DNA of 64,000 bases from an uncultured Phycisphaerales bacterium (GCA_963718665.1 OY970359.1:1312001-1376000), one strand, 5' to 3'; counted from the first letter of the stretch, positions 20,804-30,623 are shown. Numbers and translations: made by a program. Notes: generated by a model not told the origin, from the letters alone.

Positions 20804-22375
20804 ATGGCAAAGAAAGTGGTTTTGGAACGCAAGCCGTTCGTGCTGATTATCCGTGACGGCTGGGGATACAACCCCGACCGCAATGAGGACGCTTATAACT
20901 CCGTAAAATGCGCGAAGGTCCCCACCGATACTATGCTGATGAGCGAATACCCCAACACCCTGATTCATACGTACGGCGAATACGTTGGTTTGCCCGACGG
21001 CACAATGGGCAACAGCGAAGTCGGGCACCAAAATATCGGGGCGGGCAGAATAGTTCCGCAGGAATCCGTTCGGCTGAGCCACGCCATCCGTGACGGGTCG
21101 TTTTTCAAAAACGAACAATTCGCAAATTGCGTTAAATTCATAAAAGAACACAAAGGAAAAATGCACGTTATGGGCCTGTGCAGCAATATAGGCGTGCATT
21201 CACTTCTTGACCATTTATACGGCCTGCTCGAGCTTGCCAAGAGAAATGACCTTAAAGACGTCTTCATTCACGCGTTTACAGATGGCCGTGATTCACCGCC
21301 CAACAGCGGCGCCGGCTACATTGCCCAGATAGAGAAAAAGGCAGCGGAAATAGGCGTGGGCAAAATCGCTTCAGTGATGGGCAGGTTCTACGCGATGGAC
21401 CGGGACAGCCGATGGGACCGCGTTCAGAAGGCATACGAATGCCTGCGGGTAGGCAAAGGACTCAGGGCGAAAAGTGCCTCTGAAGCCATAGCCAATAGTT
21501 ACGCAAAACAGGTAACCGACGAATTCATCGAGCCGACGGCGATAGTCAATCAGGATAACGAACCGATAGGGACGATAGCCGACGGCGATGGCGTGGTGTT
21601 CTTCAACTTCCGCGGCGACAGGACCCGCGAAATCACAAGGGCGTTCGTCATGCCCGACTTCAAAGAATTTCCGCGAAACATAAAGCCCGATATCTATTAC
21701 GTATGTATGACCGAATATGACACGAATATTCCGGCGCCGGTGGCGTTCCCGAAGCCGCCCAAAATGAAAAATATCCTCGCCGCTTACTGGGGCTCGCTGG
21801 GACTTAAACAGTTCCGTTGTGCGGAAACCGAAAAATATGCGCATGTAACGTTCTTCTTCAACGACTACACCGAAAAACCATTCCCGGGCGAGGACAGGCA
21901 GATTGTCCCGTCGCCAAGGGTGCGGACGTACGATTTGAAGCCGGAGATGAGCGCGCATGAGGTCGCCGATGTTGTTCTTCAACGATTAGACACAAACCAG
22001 TATGACGTAATGGTAATCAATTTTGCGAATCCCGATATGGTCGGCCATACGGGCATACTCGAAGCGGCGATTAAGGCAGCCGAAACCGTCGATGCCTGCG
22101 TCGGAAAAATTTTGGACAAGGTAAAACAAATGGGCGGAGCGGCGATAATTACCGCGGACCACGGTAACTTCGAAAAAATGATAGACGGCACACCCGATAA
22201 GCCGCACACCGCGCATACCGTCGGCGATGTGCCGTTGATTGTTTTTGATGAGCGATATAAGGGCAGAAAGCTTCGCTCCGGCGGTATTCTTGCCGATATC
22301 GGTCCGACGCTGCTTGATATGATGGGCTTGCCTAAGCCGGAAGAAATGACCGGAAGAAGTTTGCTTGAAAAATAG
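20804..22375 (+). CDS. gpmI: 2,3-bisphosphoglycerate-independent phosphoglycerate mutase
   Basis: IIRDGWG, MGNSEVGH, DGRD, GRFYAMDRD, AETEKYAHVTFF, NPDMVGHTG, TADHGN. Confidence 0.97.
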   Translation: MAKKVVLERKPFVLIIRDGWGYNPDRNEDAYNSVKCAKVPTDTMLMSEYPNTLIHTYGEYVGLPDGTMGNSEVGHQNIGAGRIVPQESVRLSHAIRDGSFFKNEQFANCVKFIKEHKGKMHVMGLCSNIGVHSLLDHLYGLLELAKRNDLKDVFIHAFTDGRDSPPNSGAGYIAQIEKKAAEIGVGKIASVMGRFYAMDRDSRWDRVQKAYECLRVGKGLRAKSASEAIANSYAKQVTDEFIEPTAIVNQDNEPIGTIADGDGVVFFNFRGDRTREITRAFVMPDFKEFPRNIKPDIYYVCMTEYDTNIPAPVAFPKPPKMKNILAAYWGSLGLKQFRCAETEKYAHVTFFFNDYTEKPFPGEDRQIVPSPRVRTYDLKPEMSAHEVADVVLQRLDTNQYDVMVINFANPDMVGHTGILEAAIKAAETVDACVGKILDKVKQMGGAAIITADHGNFEKMIDGTPDKPHTAHTVGDVPLIVFDERYKGRKLRSGGILADIGPTLLDMMGLPKPEEMTGRSLLEK

Positions 22376-22428
22376 CGGATAGCGTGCAGAACGGGCGGAA
22401 ACTCTATTCGCTATACGCTAAACGCTAT
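22372..22428. repeat. Inverted heptamer array (ATAGCG/CGCTAT units)
   Basis: atagcgg atagcgt ... actctat tcgctat acgctaa acgctat. Confidence 0.7.
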
Positions 22429-22446
22429 ACTGTGGGTGGGAGAAAA

Positions 22447-24225
22447 ATGGGCCGGATAGTCGTTCTTGACCAGAATATGGTGAATATGATAGCCGCCGGC
22501 GAGGTAATCGAGAGGCCCGCCAGCGTGGTCAAGGAATTGGTCGAGAACAGTATTGACGCCGGCGCGACAAAAATCACCATCGCCGTGGAGGATGGCGGCA
22601 GAAAGTTAATCTCGGTAACAGACAACGGCAGCGGTATGGACGCCGAAGACCTTGCCAGCGCATTCGAGCCGCACGCCACAAGCAAAATTAAAACAAGCGA
22701 CGACCTGCGGGCAATATCGACGCTTGGTTTTCGCGGAGAGGCCCTTGCCAGTATCGCCTCAATTGCCCAAGTGAAAGCCGTCAGCCGGACAGCGGACGAA
22801 CTTTCGGGCAATTGCCTCGAAATCGACTGCGGCGACAAAGCGGGATTGACGCCCTGCAGCGCAGACGCAGGAACAACCATTCAGGTCCGCGACATTTTTT
22901 ACAAACTGCCCGCCAGGCGCAAATTCCTCAAAAGCGCAAATACCGAAATGACCCACATCGTCGAGCAGTTCATCAGGATTGCTTTGGCTAATACCGCTAT
23001 TGAGCTTGTCCTGACGCACAACGCCAAAGAGCAATATCGGCTCTCCGCCGAACAGGGTCTTAGAGCGAGAATTGCAGAATTATTTTCGCAGGAGGTCGCG
23101 GACAACCTTCTCGAAACCGAAAGCGACGAAAAGGGTTTGCACATAGCCGCCCTTTTAGGCAAACCCGCAATCGCAGCCACAAGCAACCGGCTGCAATACA
23201 TATTCATCAACGGCAGATTCATACGCGACAAATTCACCTCGCACGCAATCAAAGAGGCGTATCGCGGAGCAATCGATCCAAGCAGGTTCCCCGCCGCGTT
23301 TATATTTATTCGGATGCCTTACGAGGATTACGACGTCAACGTTCACCCGACAAAAATCGAGGTGCGATTCTATAACGCAAATCTCGTTCATTCGCAGATT
23401 CTCGCCTGCCTTCGTGAAAAACTCCTGGCTACCGACCTCGATACTCTCGCCAGCGTCCCGCAGCAGTCCGCCCCGCCTATGCGACGCGACGGACGAATCG
23501 CCGAGGCAATGGAAGAGTTTTTTAAACGTCATCGCCCCTCAGGCCAGCGACAAATGGATTTCAATTCGTCTTGCGTTGTGCGTGATGCGTCGCGCGAGCA
23601 AAATACGCAATACGCAATACGCAATACGCACGACAGCTTATTGAACACAGAAACGAGCAGACGATACCTTCAAATACACGACACGTTCATTATTGCGGAA
23701 AACGACGACGGTTTTGTCATAATCGACCAGCACGCACTGCACGAACGGATTATGTACGAGCAGTTGAAAAGACGCGTGCGAAACAGCCCGCTCGAATCGC
23801 AAAAACTCTTAGTGCCTGAAAGTCTTCAACTGAGTAAAGAACAGTCAGACACGCTCGAAAACAATTCGCAGCTTTTTGAAAAACTGGGAATTGAGCTTGT
23901 TCCCTTCGGACCGAAGACCATCGCAATCCAGGCGTTTCCAGTGCTTTTGGCAAAAGCCGAGCCGGCGGATTTTCTCCGGGATGTAATGGATATGCTTGTC
24001 GAAAAGGCCTCGACGCTCGACGCGGAAAGCTTATTTGATGAGGTTTTGCACATGGCTGCGTGCAAGGCGGCAATAAAAGCGGGACAAAAATTAACCGACG
24101 GTGAGATTGAACAGCTTATCGCTGACAAGGAAACGGTCGAAAATTCCAGCCATTGTCCCCACGGCAGACCGACCGTCATTAAATTTACCGTGGCCGAACT
24201 CGAAAAACAGTTCAAGCGAACGTAA
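22447..24225 (+). CDS. mutL: DNA mismatch repair endonuclease MutL
   Basis: IAAGEVIERPASVVKELVEN, GFRGEAL, DVNVHPTK, DQHALHERI, ACK, CPHGRP. Confidence 0.97.
   Translation: MGRIVVLDQNMVNMIAAGEVIERPASVVKELVENSIDAGATKITIAVEDGGRKLISVTDNGSGMDAEDLASAFEPHATSKIKTSDDLRAISTLGFRGEALASIASIAQVKAVSRTADELSGNCLEIDCGDKAGLTPCSADAGTTIQVRDIFYKLPARRKFLKSANTEMTHIVEQFIRIALANTAIELVLTHNAKEQYRLSAEQGLRARIAELFSQEVADNLLETESDEKGLHIAALLGKPAIAATSNRLQYIFINGRFIRDKFTSHAIKEAYRGAIDPSRFPAAFIFIRMPYEDYDVNVHPTKIEVRFYNANLVHSQILACLREKLLATDLDTLASVPQQSAPPMRRDGRIAEAMEEFFKRHRPSGQRQMDFNSSCVVRDASREQNTQYAIRNTHDSLLNTETSRRYLQIHDTFIIAENDDGFVIIDQHALHERIMYEQLKRRVRNSPLESQKLLVPESLQLSKEQSDTLENNSQLFEKLGIELVPFGPKTIAIQAFPVLLAKAEPADFLRDVMDMLVEKASTLDAESLFDEVLHMAACKAAIKAGQKLTDGEIEQLIADKETVENSSHCPHGRPTVIKFTVAELEKQFKRT
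23572..23629. repeat. Inverted heptamer array inside the mutL linker
   Basis: tgcgttg tgcgtga tgcgtcg followed by four perfect AATACGC copies at 23602-23629. Confidence 0.85.
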
Positions 24226-24227
24226 GT

Positions 24228-25106
24228 ATGAAAATTATATCAGCGATATTATTAATTGCTGTTTTTTGCGGCACCATTGCTGAACCGCCGCACAGAATCG
24301 TGTCGCTATCGCCAAATCTGACTGAGATTGTTTTTGCTCTTGGACTTGGCGACAGGGTCGTCGGTGTTTCTAATAATTGTGACTGGCCTGCTGAGGTGAA
24401 GCAAAAGCCGAAGATGGGAACATTCTGGCAGCCGAATACCGAGGTGGTTATCACCGCAAAACCAGATTTAGTCGTATGTGAGTCATTCCTTCAGCAAAAA
24501 GAGGTGGCGGAAACGCTGAAAAGGGCAGGATTGAATGTCCTTTCCTTGCGTGTCGAGTCAATCGAGGAGTTTTACAATGCTATCTTAAGCATCGGCCAAG
24601 CCACCGGCTGCCCCGATAAAGCCGAACCGCTTGCCGCGAAAATAAAAAATGAACTTGACCAAATCCGGACCAAGGCATCCTCTGCAAAAAAGGTCAAAGT
24701 TCTCTGGGCAGTGCAGACCGAGCCGATGCGGGTCGTGGGCATAAAAACATTCGTAAATGAAATAATAGATTTGGCAGGAGGCCAAAACGTCATCTCGCCA
24801 ACCGGCGACCAGTATCCATCCGTCGGAACAGAGACAATCCTGACCAGCGGCGCGGAAGTGATAATCCAATCAGCTATGGGGACGGAGGATATTACAAAAC
24901 AGCAGGAAACAGCCGAGAAATTCTGGAGCAGATACGCTAATCTGCCCGCGGTGAAAGATAAAAAGGTTTACGTCTTAGAGGCCGACACGGTGCTTCGGCT
25001 GGGACCTCGCCTGCCGGAAGGCGCAATGGCCGTGGCAAAATTGCTGCATCCGGAATTGTTCTCGCAGCCGAAAGACCCGAATCAGGGAGACCAAACGCAC
25101 AAATGA
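24228..25106 (+). CDS. btuF: Cobalamin/Fe-siderophore ABC transporter substrate-binding protein (BtuF-like)
   Basis: Signal peptide, RIVSLSPNLTEIVFALG, NLPAVK, RLGPR. Confidence 0.8.
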   Translation: MKIISAILLIAVFCGTIAEPPHRIVSLSPNLTEIVFALGLGDRVVGVSNNCDWPAEVKQKPKMGTFWQPNTEVVITAKPDLVVCESFLQQKEVAETLKRAGLNVLSLRVESIEEFYNAILSIGQATGCPDKAEPLAAKIKNELDQIRTKASSAKKVKVLWAVQTEPMRVVGIKTFVNEIIDLAGGQNVISPTGDQYPSVGTETILTSGAEVIIQSAMGTEDITKQQETAEKFWSRYANLPAVKDKKVYVLEADTVLRLGPRLPEGAMAVAKLLHPELFSQPKDPNQGDQTHK

Positions 25107-26134
25107 CTGACCTGCTGACCCCAAGATGTTTGATTGTCAAAATCATTCTGTGCTTAGCGGCACTGGCGGTAGTGATGTTTGTATGCTCGCTTGTGGGAAC
25201 GCAAAAAATATCGCTGTCCGCGGTATTCGCCGGGCCGGGTGACACGCCGGGCCAGAATACCGATTACGATATTTTTGTCCGCGTTCGAATCCCGCGGATA
25301 ATTCTCGCTGCGCTTGTCGGCGCGGCATTAGCTGCCAGTGGAGTCGTTTTGCAGGCAATCCTGCGAAATCCTCTCGCGGAACCATACATCCTCGGCATAT
25401 CGAGTGGCGCGGCGCTCGGCGTAATGACCGCAGCGATTGCCGGGGTAAGCAGGGCAATCCTGGGCGGCTCGCCGATGGCCGCGACGGCGTTTTTATTCGC
25501 CATAGGCACGGTCTGGCTGGTCTGGTTCACGGGACATCTGGCAGGCGGTTCAACGGTAACCAGTTTGCTTCTGGCGGGCGTAGTCATCAACGCTTTCTTC
25601 TCCGCGGTGATAATGCTGATGACGTCCCTGATAGATAGCGAGCAGCTTCGCTCCACGATTATGTGGCTTATGGGCAGTATAGGCGAAAAGGACTTTTCCA
25701 CGCTGCTGGCGAGCGCCATATTCATAATCGCCGGCGTCGCTGCATTATTTACAATCAGTCAAAAGCTAAACGTGCTGGCATTCGGCGCAGGTGAGGCGCG
25801 GTCACTCGGCGTCAATCCCCGCAAGATTACTTTAATCGCATTTGCCCTGGCGTCTTTCATAACCGCCGTCGCCGTGGGATTAAGCGGGCTTGTTGGTTTT
25901 GTCGGATTAGTCGTTCCTCATTCGGTTCGCCTTGTATTCGGCCCTGACCATCGTCAATTATTGCCAACAAGCGCGCTGCTCGGCGCGGCATTTGTTGTCA
26001 TCTGCGATACAATCGCCCGCACAATAATCGCCCCTGCTCAGTTGCCGGTAGGCGTGATAACCGCAATCATCGGCGGGCCTGTATTTCTAATCCTGCTTTC
26101 CAGATACAACAAGAAAGTGGGGACTTTGCGATGA
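25103..26134 (+). CDS. btuC: FecCD/BtuC family ABC permease
   Basis: RIPRII, RNPLAEPYILGISSGA, GFVGLVVPH, LPVGVITA. Confidence 0.85.
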   Translation: MTDLLTPRCLIVKIILCLAALAVVMFVCSLVGTQKISLSAVFAGPGDTPGQNTDYDIFVRVRIPRIILAALVGAALAASGVVLQAILRNPLAEPYILGISSGAALGVMTAAIAGVSRAILGGSPMAATAFLFAIGTVWLVWFTGHLAGGSTVTSLLLAGVVINAFFSAVIMLMTSLIDSEQLRSTIMWLMGSIGEKDFSTLLASAIFIIAGVAALFTISQKLNVLAFGAGEARSLGVNPRKITLIAFALASFITAVAVGLSGLVGFVGLVVPHSVRLVFGPDHRQLLPTSALLGAAFVVICDTIARTIIAPAQLPVGVITAIIGGPVFLILLSRYNKKVGTLR

Positions 26135-26994
26135 ACCCCGTTAGAAATAATAATTCCCCAAATACCTTACACTCCCCGGCAATTTCTAACGGGGTGAGCA
26201 TTTGCATACAAGTCGAAAATCTTGGTTTTTCTTATGGGCCGCAAGCCCAGATACTAAAGAATCTCAGCTTTGAGATTCCCGCCGGCACATTTTTATCAAT
26301 TGCAGGCCCAAACGGCGCAGGCAAAACAACACTCCTCAATCTGCTATCGGGCCTGCTCAAACCCGCTTCCGGTTCAATCGAAATCGACTCGAAACCGATA
26401 AACTCGTATTCCGTCAGGCAACTCGCGAAAAAAATCGCTGTCGTGCGTCAGGAATTTGTTCCGGTCTTTGAATTTTCGGCGGCACAGATAGTTTCAATGG
26501 CCAGAACACCCTATTTGGGTGCGCTGGCGTTCGAGACCGACGCCGACAGAGAAGCGATAGCAGAGGCGCTCGAGATGACTGATACCACACGATTCTCCGA
26601 CAGGCCTCTTGGGCATCTCAGCGGCGGCGAACGCCAGCGAATCTTCATCGCACGGGCGCTGGCACAACAAACCCCGATACTGCTTCTCGATGAGCCAACG
26701 AGCTTTCTGGATATGAAACACCAGGTCGGGATTTATGATCTGCTGAAAAAAATGCAAATCGAGAAACAAAAGACGATTGTATCGGTTACGCACGATATTA
26801 ATTTGGCCGCACAATACAGTGACATGACTCTGCTGCTCTCCGCCGACGGCGACTATAACTTCGGCCCGACGCGGGAAATCCTCACAACCGAGCGAATCGA
26901 AAGCGTTTTCGGCGTCCCGACATTCTCCGCCCAAATAGGCCAAACCAGATTCTTTTTCCCGTTAGGCAGGTTCACAAAAAACCATTCGTCCTAA
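26131..26994 (+). CDS. btuD: ABC ATP-binding protein (BtuD/FecE-like) with a 21-aa N-terminal insert
   Basis: GPNGAGKT, LSGGERQR, LLDEPT, HD. Confidence 0.85.
   Translation: MNPVRNNNSPNTLHSPAISNGVSICIQVENLGFSYGPQAQILKNLSFEIPAGTFLSIAGPNGAGKTTLLNLLSGLLKPASGSIEIDSKPINSYSVRQLAKKIAVVRQEFVPVFEFSAAQIVSMARTPYLGALAFETDADREAIAEALEMTDTTRFSDRPLGHLSGGERQRIFIARALAQQTPILLLDEPTSFLDMKHQVGIYDLLKKMQIEKQKTIVSVTHDINLAAQYSDMTLLLSADGDYNFGPTREILTTERIESVFGVPTFSAQIGQTRFFFPLGRFTKNHSS
26135..26197. mobile_element. Miniature palindromic element (MITE/RPE-like) inserted in frame
   Basis: Perfect 14-bp inverted repeats ACCCCGTTAGAAAT (26135-26148) and ATTTCTAACGGGGT (26182-26195), with GA (or TGA) directly repeated on both sides. 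Removing 63 bp restores ATG AGC ATT TGC. Confidence 0.75.
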
Positions 26995-27040
26995 TCCGGT
27001 TTCTAACCGCTTCGGACAATCGCAATATAAGAATCTGGCG

Positions 27041-28537
27041 TTACCTCGTTTTGTCCGAGCCACCGTAAATGAACCGGACTTCGCCGACGTTGGGAACAAT
27101 CGCCAAGGGAAATTTCGGTAAGGGTTTGAAACCGGCGGGCCAATATACAAAAAGTGCTTTGCCGACGAGATAATCACGGGGAACAATCCCTTCGGCGTAA
27201 CTTTCCCCGTTGTTGCCTTTGCCCGGACGAGCCCACCACCTGCCATCTTCGCTGCGAGGACTGTTGTCGCCCAGCATAAAGAACTGGTCCGCTTTGAGCG
27301 TAAGCGGGTTGCCCTCAGTTGCCCTGCCCCGCTCGTTATTGTTGGGGTTCCTGCCGGTATAGTGAATATCTCTGAACAACGCCAGGTGAGAAACAGCGAT
27401 TTCACCCGCGCCGAAAATTTTCGCCTCCGGCTCAATTCCCGTTTTTCTTTCCCCGACGTCATTAGGTCCGCGACCCAAGTCCTTAACCAGCTTTTCATCC
27501 CCGAACTCAAGAACCAGCTCGTGGTCAACGTTGGCAAACCTGAACATCTTCGGACTGCCAACTGCCAGCGAACCAGCCGCTTTGGTGGCCAGCACGTCCT
27601 CCTTGCCGTTCGCAAGCCGTGATATTGTCATCTGCCCCGAAAAATCAACTTTTCCCGTATATTGTATCCCATATTTACTCAATGACGCCCCGACCATCCC
27701 CTCAGGTCTGCTCGTATTGACCAAAAACCGAACCATAAGGTCGCTGCAATAGGGCATAAATTTATAGTCAAAAAGCTCATCGTAAGCATACGTGGCCCTG
27801 AAATCATTGCCTTGCGTCGTATCATAAACAAGCGAATATTCCTCGTTTGGGTCTCCGCTTAGCCGGAAAATCGTCGGGCTGGTGTCGTCCACTTTCCATT
27901 TCGTGCCGTCCGGGTTCCAGAACGGCTGCCGCCACTTGTGCCCGTTAAACATCGGCTCATCCTGCCTGGCCGGCTGGTAATCATTGTCGTAAACAGGCAT
28001 CCACAATTCTTCCTGCACCTTCGCCGGCTTCCTGCTTATTTGCCCGTTGATATACACGTCTCCGTCGATTATCTCGACCGTCTCGCCGGGGCGGCCGACC
28101 AGTCGCTTGATATAATTTTCCGTCGGGTCGAGCGGATTCTTGAACACCACCACGTCCCACTGCTTCGGCTCTTCGAACTGGTATATGCACTTCAGCACCA
28201 GTATCCTGTCCCCGCTCGAAGGAGCCATATCGCCCGCCGTTATCTGATAATAACCGCAGCTCGGGCAGCGAGAATACTCCTGCCTGGTCTGCCCCCTGAG
28301 CCGTGCCGGCGCGTAAATATTTTGTCCGTAGCAGTATTTATAGCCGCACTGCGTGCATCGCATCGTGTAATGCGCTCCCAGCAGCGTACTAGCCATACTG
28401 CCCGTCGGGATACGGAACGCCTCCATAACGAACGCGCGAAATACAAACGCCAGAGCAAAAGCCGTTATAAGCCATTCAAGCGTGTTGGCTATCTCGGCCG
28501 CACGGCTCTTCGATTTTATTTCCATATCCTTCGCCAT
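27041..28537 (-). CDS. lepB: Signal peptidase I with Zn-ribbon and large inserted domains
   Basis: IPTGSM (catalytic Ser), YIKRLVG (catalytic Lys), MLGDNSPRSEDGR. ATG at 28537 preferred over the ORF-track start at 28609. Confidence 0.9.
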   Translation of the reverse strand: MAKDMEIKSKSRAAEIANTLEWLITAFALAFVFRAFVMEAFRIPTGSMASTLLGAHYTMRCTQCGYKYCYGQNIYAPARLRGQTRQEYSRCPSCGYYQITAGDMAPSSGDRILVLKCIYQFEEPKQWDVVVFKNPLDPTENYIKRLVGRPGETVEIIDGDVYINGQISRKPAKVQEELWMPVYDNDYQPARQDEPMFNGHKWRQPFWNPDGTKWKVDDTSPTIFRLSGDPNEEYSLVYDTTQGNDFRATYAYDELFDYKFMPYCSDLMVRFLVNTSRPEGMVGASLSKYGIQYTGKVDFSGQMTISRLANGKEDVLATKAAGSLAVGSPKMFRFANVDHELVLEFGDEKLVKDLGRGPNDVGERKTGIEPEAKIFGAGEIAVSHLALFRDIHYTGRNPNNNERGRATEGNPLTLKADQFFMLGDNSPRSEDGRWWARPGKGNNGESYAEGIVPRDYLVGKALFVYWPAGFKPLPKFPLAIVPNVGEVRFIYGGSDKTR

Positions 28538-28682
28538 AAATTTTCGGCAGATATCTCCATCGTCGGAAATCAAGGGGGTTATTATGCGGCTAATTCGATG
28601 GCAGGTCAACTATAACCACGCCGCTGTTTCGACAAATAATGGCAAATACATCCGCGGTCTAACCGCAGAGGCCATCCTGACA

Positions 28683-29459
28683 CTACTGATCCTGGTTAAC
28701 GGTCTCCTTTGCACGCTGCACCGGATTCGTGCTCCTGGCAGGACGTTCGGTCTGGGTCTGGGCCTGCTGCTGCGCACCGCCTGCCCTGGGCGTTCTACGT
28801 TCGCGTTGCTGTTGGTGCTCTTCCTTCGCTTCATTCTCAAGTTTGGTTACCAGTTTATTCAGGCGGTCCTGCCTTTTTTTCAACACCAGATCGATCGCCT
28901 CTACGGTGTTTGTGTCATTTGTTGCCGCTGCAACTTTTCGCAGAAATCTTAATTCCGCGACAACGACAGTATTCATCGCTTGTGCAAGATCCGCTTTTTT
29001 CTCCTGTTTTCCAAGCCACTGGGTATCTTCGCCGCGGGCATCCATATCGATACGGTCAATTTCCCGCTTGAACGCGTTAAAATCGTTTACGTCGAAAACA
29101 TTCGTATCCGCAGCCATAGCGGGAACGGGGGCAGCCATCGGTGTCTCCGCTGGTGCCGGTATGGGTTTGACCGGCGCATTCGCTGGCGCACGGTTGGGCG
29201 GTTCTGTTACATTATTTGTATCTTGTGTTGGTTTTTTCGTACCAACCGTCCCTTTCGGCGCGTTCTGATTGACGCCATTATCAACCTCCTGCGATATTTC
29301 CATCGTTCCGACTGTTTCAACCAAAGTCCCCTGTCCATACGCCATCCGTAAAGCGCCGGGGCCGACCAGACAAAGACATAAAATAAAACTCAGGAATATT
29401 ACTGATTTTTCATAACTTATCAGATTCACAATATCTGCCACTCTTTTCCAGCATCTCAT
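28683..29459 (-). CDS. Hypothetical exported or membrane-anchored protein (Pro/Ala linker + helical coiled coil)
   Basis: N-terminal hydrophobic stretch, low-complexity PAPA region, helical C-terminus. Lies between parB and lepB on the same strand. Confidence 0.6.
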   Translation of the reverse strand: MRCWKRVADIVNLISYEKSVIFLSFILCLCLVGPGALRMAYGQGTLVETVGTMEISQEVDNGVNQNAPKGTVGTKKPTQDTNNVTEPPNRAPANAPVKPIPAPAETPMAAPVPAMAADTNVFDVNDFNAFKREIDRIDMDARGEDTQWLGKQEKKADLAQAMNTVVVAELRFLRKVAAATNDTNTVEAIDLVLKKRQDRLNKLVTKLENEAKEEHQQQRERRTPRAGGAQQQAQTQTERPARSTNPVQRAKETVNQDQ

Positions 29460-29516
29460 ATTTCATACCTTTCGTTGAGCCCGCATCGGGGCAGTTAAAT
29501 ACGTCTTGTACTCGTT

Positions 29517-30464
29517 TTAAATTTCCTCGGTGCTTGTTACACCGATATGCTGCATTATTCTATCAAATTCTTCGAGTGAATGAAATTCGACAACAATCCT
29601 TCCGCATTTTCCGTTTTTGCGGGTTTCTATCGCCACGTTGGTTCCAAGCTCTTTGCTTAGCCGGCTTTCGAGGTCCTGAATATGCGCCGGCCTCGTCCTG
29701 ATTTCCATTTTCTGCGCATCATTTGCGGTCAGGTATTGTCTAACCAGCCGTTCTACTTCTCTTACGCTTAGCCGCCCTGCCATCGCGCGATTGGCAAGTT
29801 TTCGTCTCAATTCATCGGTCGGCAATGCCAGTATCGCCCGAGCATGCCCCATTGTGAGCTGACCATCGATGAGCATTTGTTTGATTTCGGTCGGTAAGTC
29901 CAGCAGCCGCAAGTAGTTAGCGATTACAGACCGGTCTTCGCCCAGCCGTTGAGCTGCTTCGGCCTGCGTCAGCGAGAACGTACTTAAGTATCTCTGATAG
30001 GCATTTGCCCGCTCAATAGGGTTCAGGTCCGCCCGATTAATATTCTCCACCAAGGCCAACTCAAGCATCTCATCATCTTTAACGGGCCTGATAATCGCAG
30101 GGACCGTCTGAAGCCCCGCTATTTTTGCCGCCCGCCAACGCCTCTCTCCCGCTATCAACTGATAACCAGAACCCATAGGCCTGACAATCACCGGCTGAAT
30201 CACGCCTTTTGCCTTGATTGACTGTGCTAACTCCGCCAATTCCTGTTCGTTCCAAAAAGAACGAACCTGATACGGATTTGCTTCGATTTCATCAATTTTT
30301 ATCTCTCGAAACGAACTGCGTAACTCCTTATTTGGCAAGATGTTAGCGTTTATTTCGATTATAGGAATTGGTAGGGGAGATTCTTCTGTGGTTGTAGTTA
30401 TGGGACCCAACAGCGATGCCAGCCCCCTGCCGAGATGTTTGGGTTTGTCTGTCTTCTCAGTCAT
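29517..30464 (-). CDS. parB: Chromosome partitioning protein ParB/Spo0J
   Basis: LGRGLASLL N-terminus, IAGERRWRA, ENINRADLNPIE, HTH, GHARAIL. Confidence 0.96.
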   Translation of the reverse strand: MTEKTDKPKHLGRGLASLLGPITTTTEESPLPIPIIEINANILPNKELRSSFREIKIDEIEANPYQVRSFWNEQELAELAQSIKAKGVIQPVIVRPMGSGYQLIAGERRWRAAKIAGLQTVPAIIRPVKDDEMLELALVENINRADLNPIERANAYQRYLSTFSLTQAEAAQRLGEDRSVIANYLRLLDLPTEIKQMLIDGQLTMGHARAILALPTDELRRKLANRAMAGRLSVREVERLVRQYLTANDAQKMEIRTRPAHIQDLESRLSKELGTNVAIETRKNGKCGRIVVEFHSLEEFDRIMQHIGVTSTEEI

Positions 30465-30623
30465 TATTTCGCTCCTTCCGTAATCTTAATTTTCCTTGCG
30501 CCAACCTTGGCTCCAGGTTATTTCGTACATTATATTCTTATTGAGGTCTTCATAAAATATTTCGGTGTTTGTAGCGGAAACTCTCCAGTGATGCCAGAAA
30601 AAAATCGCTCGTTATACAAAAAA

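Noticed and set aside
23602..23629. Heptamer arrays as CRISPR repeats
   Set aside because: The units are 7 bp and contiguous, with no spacers and no cas genes.
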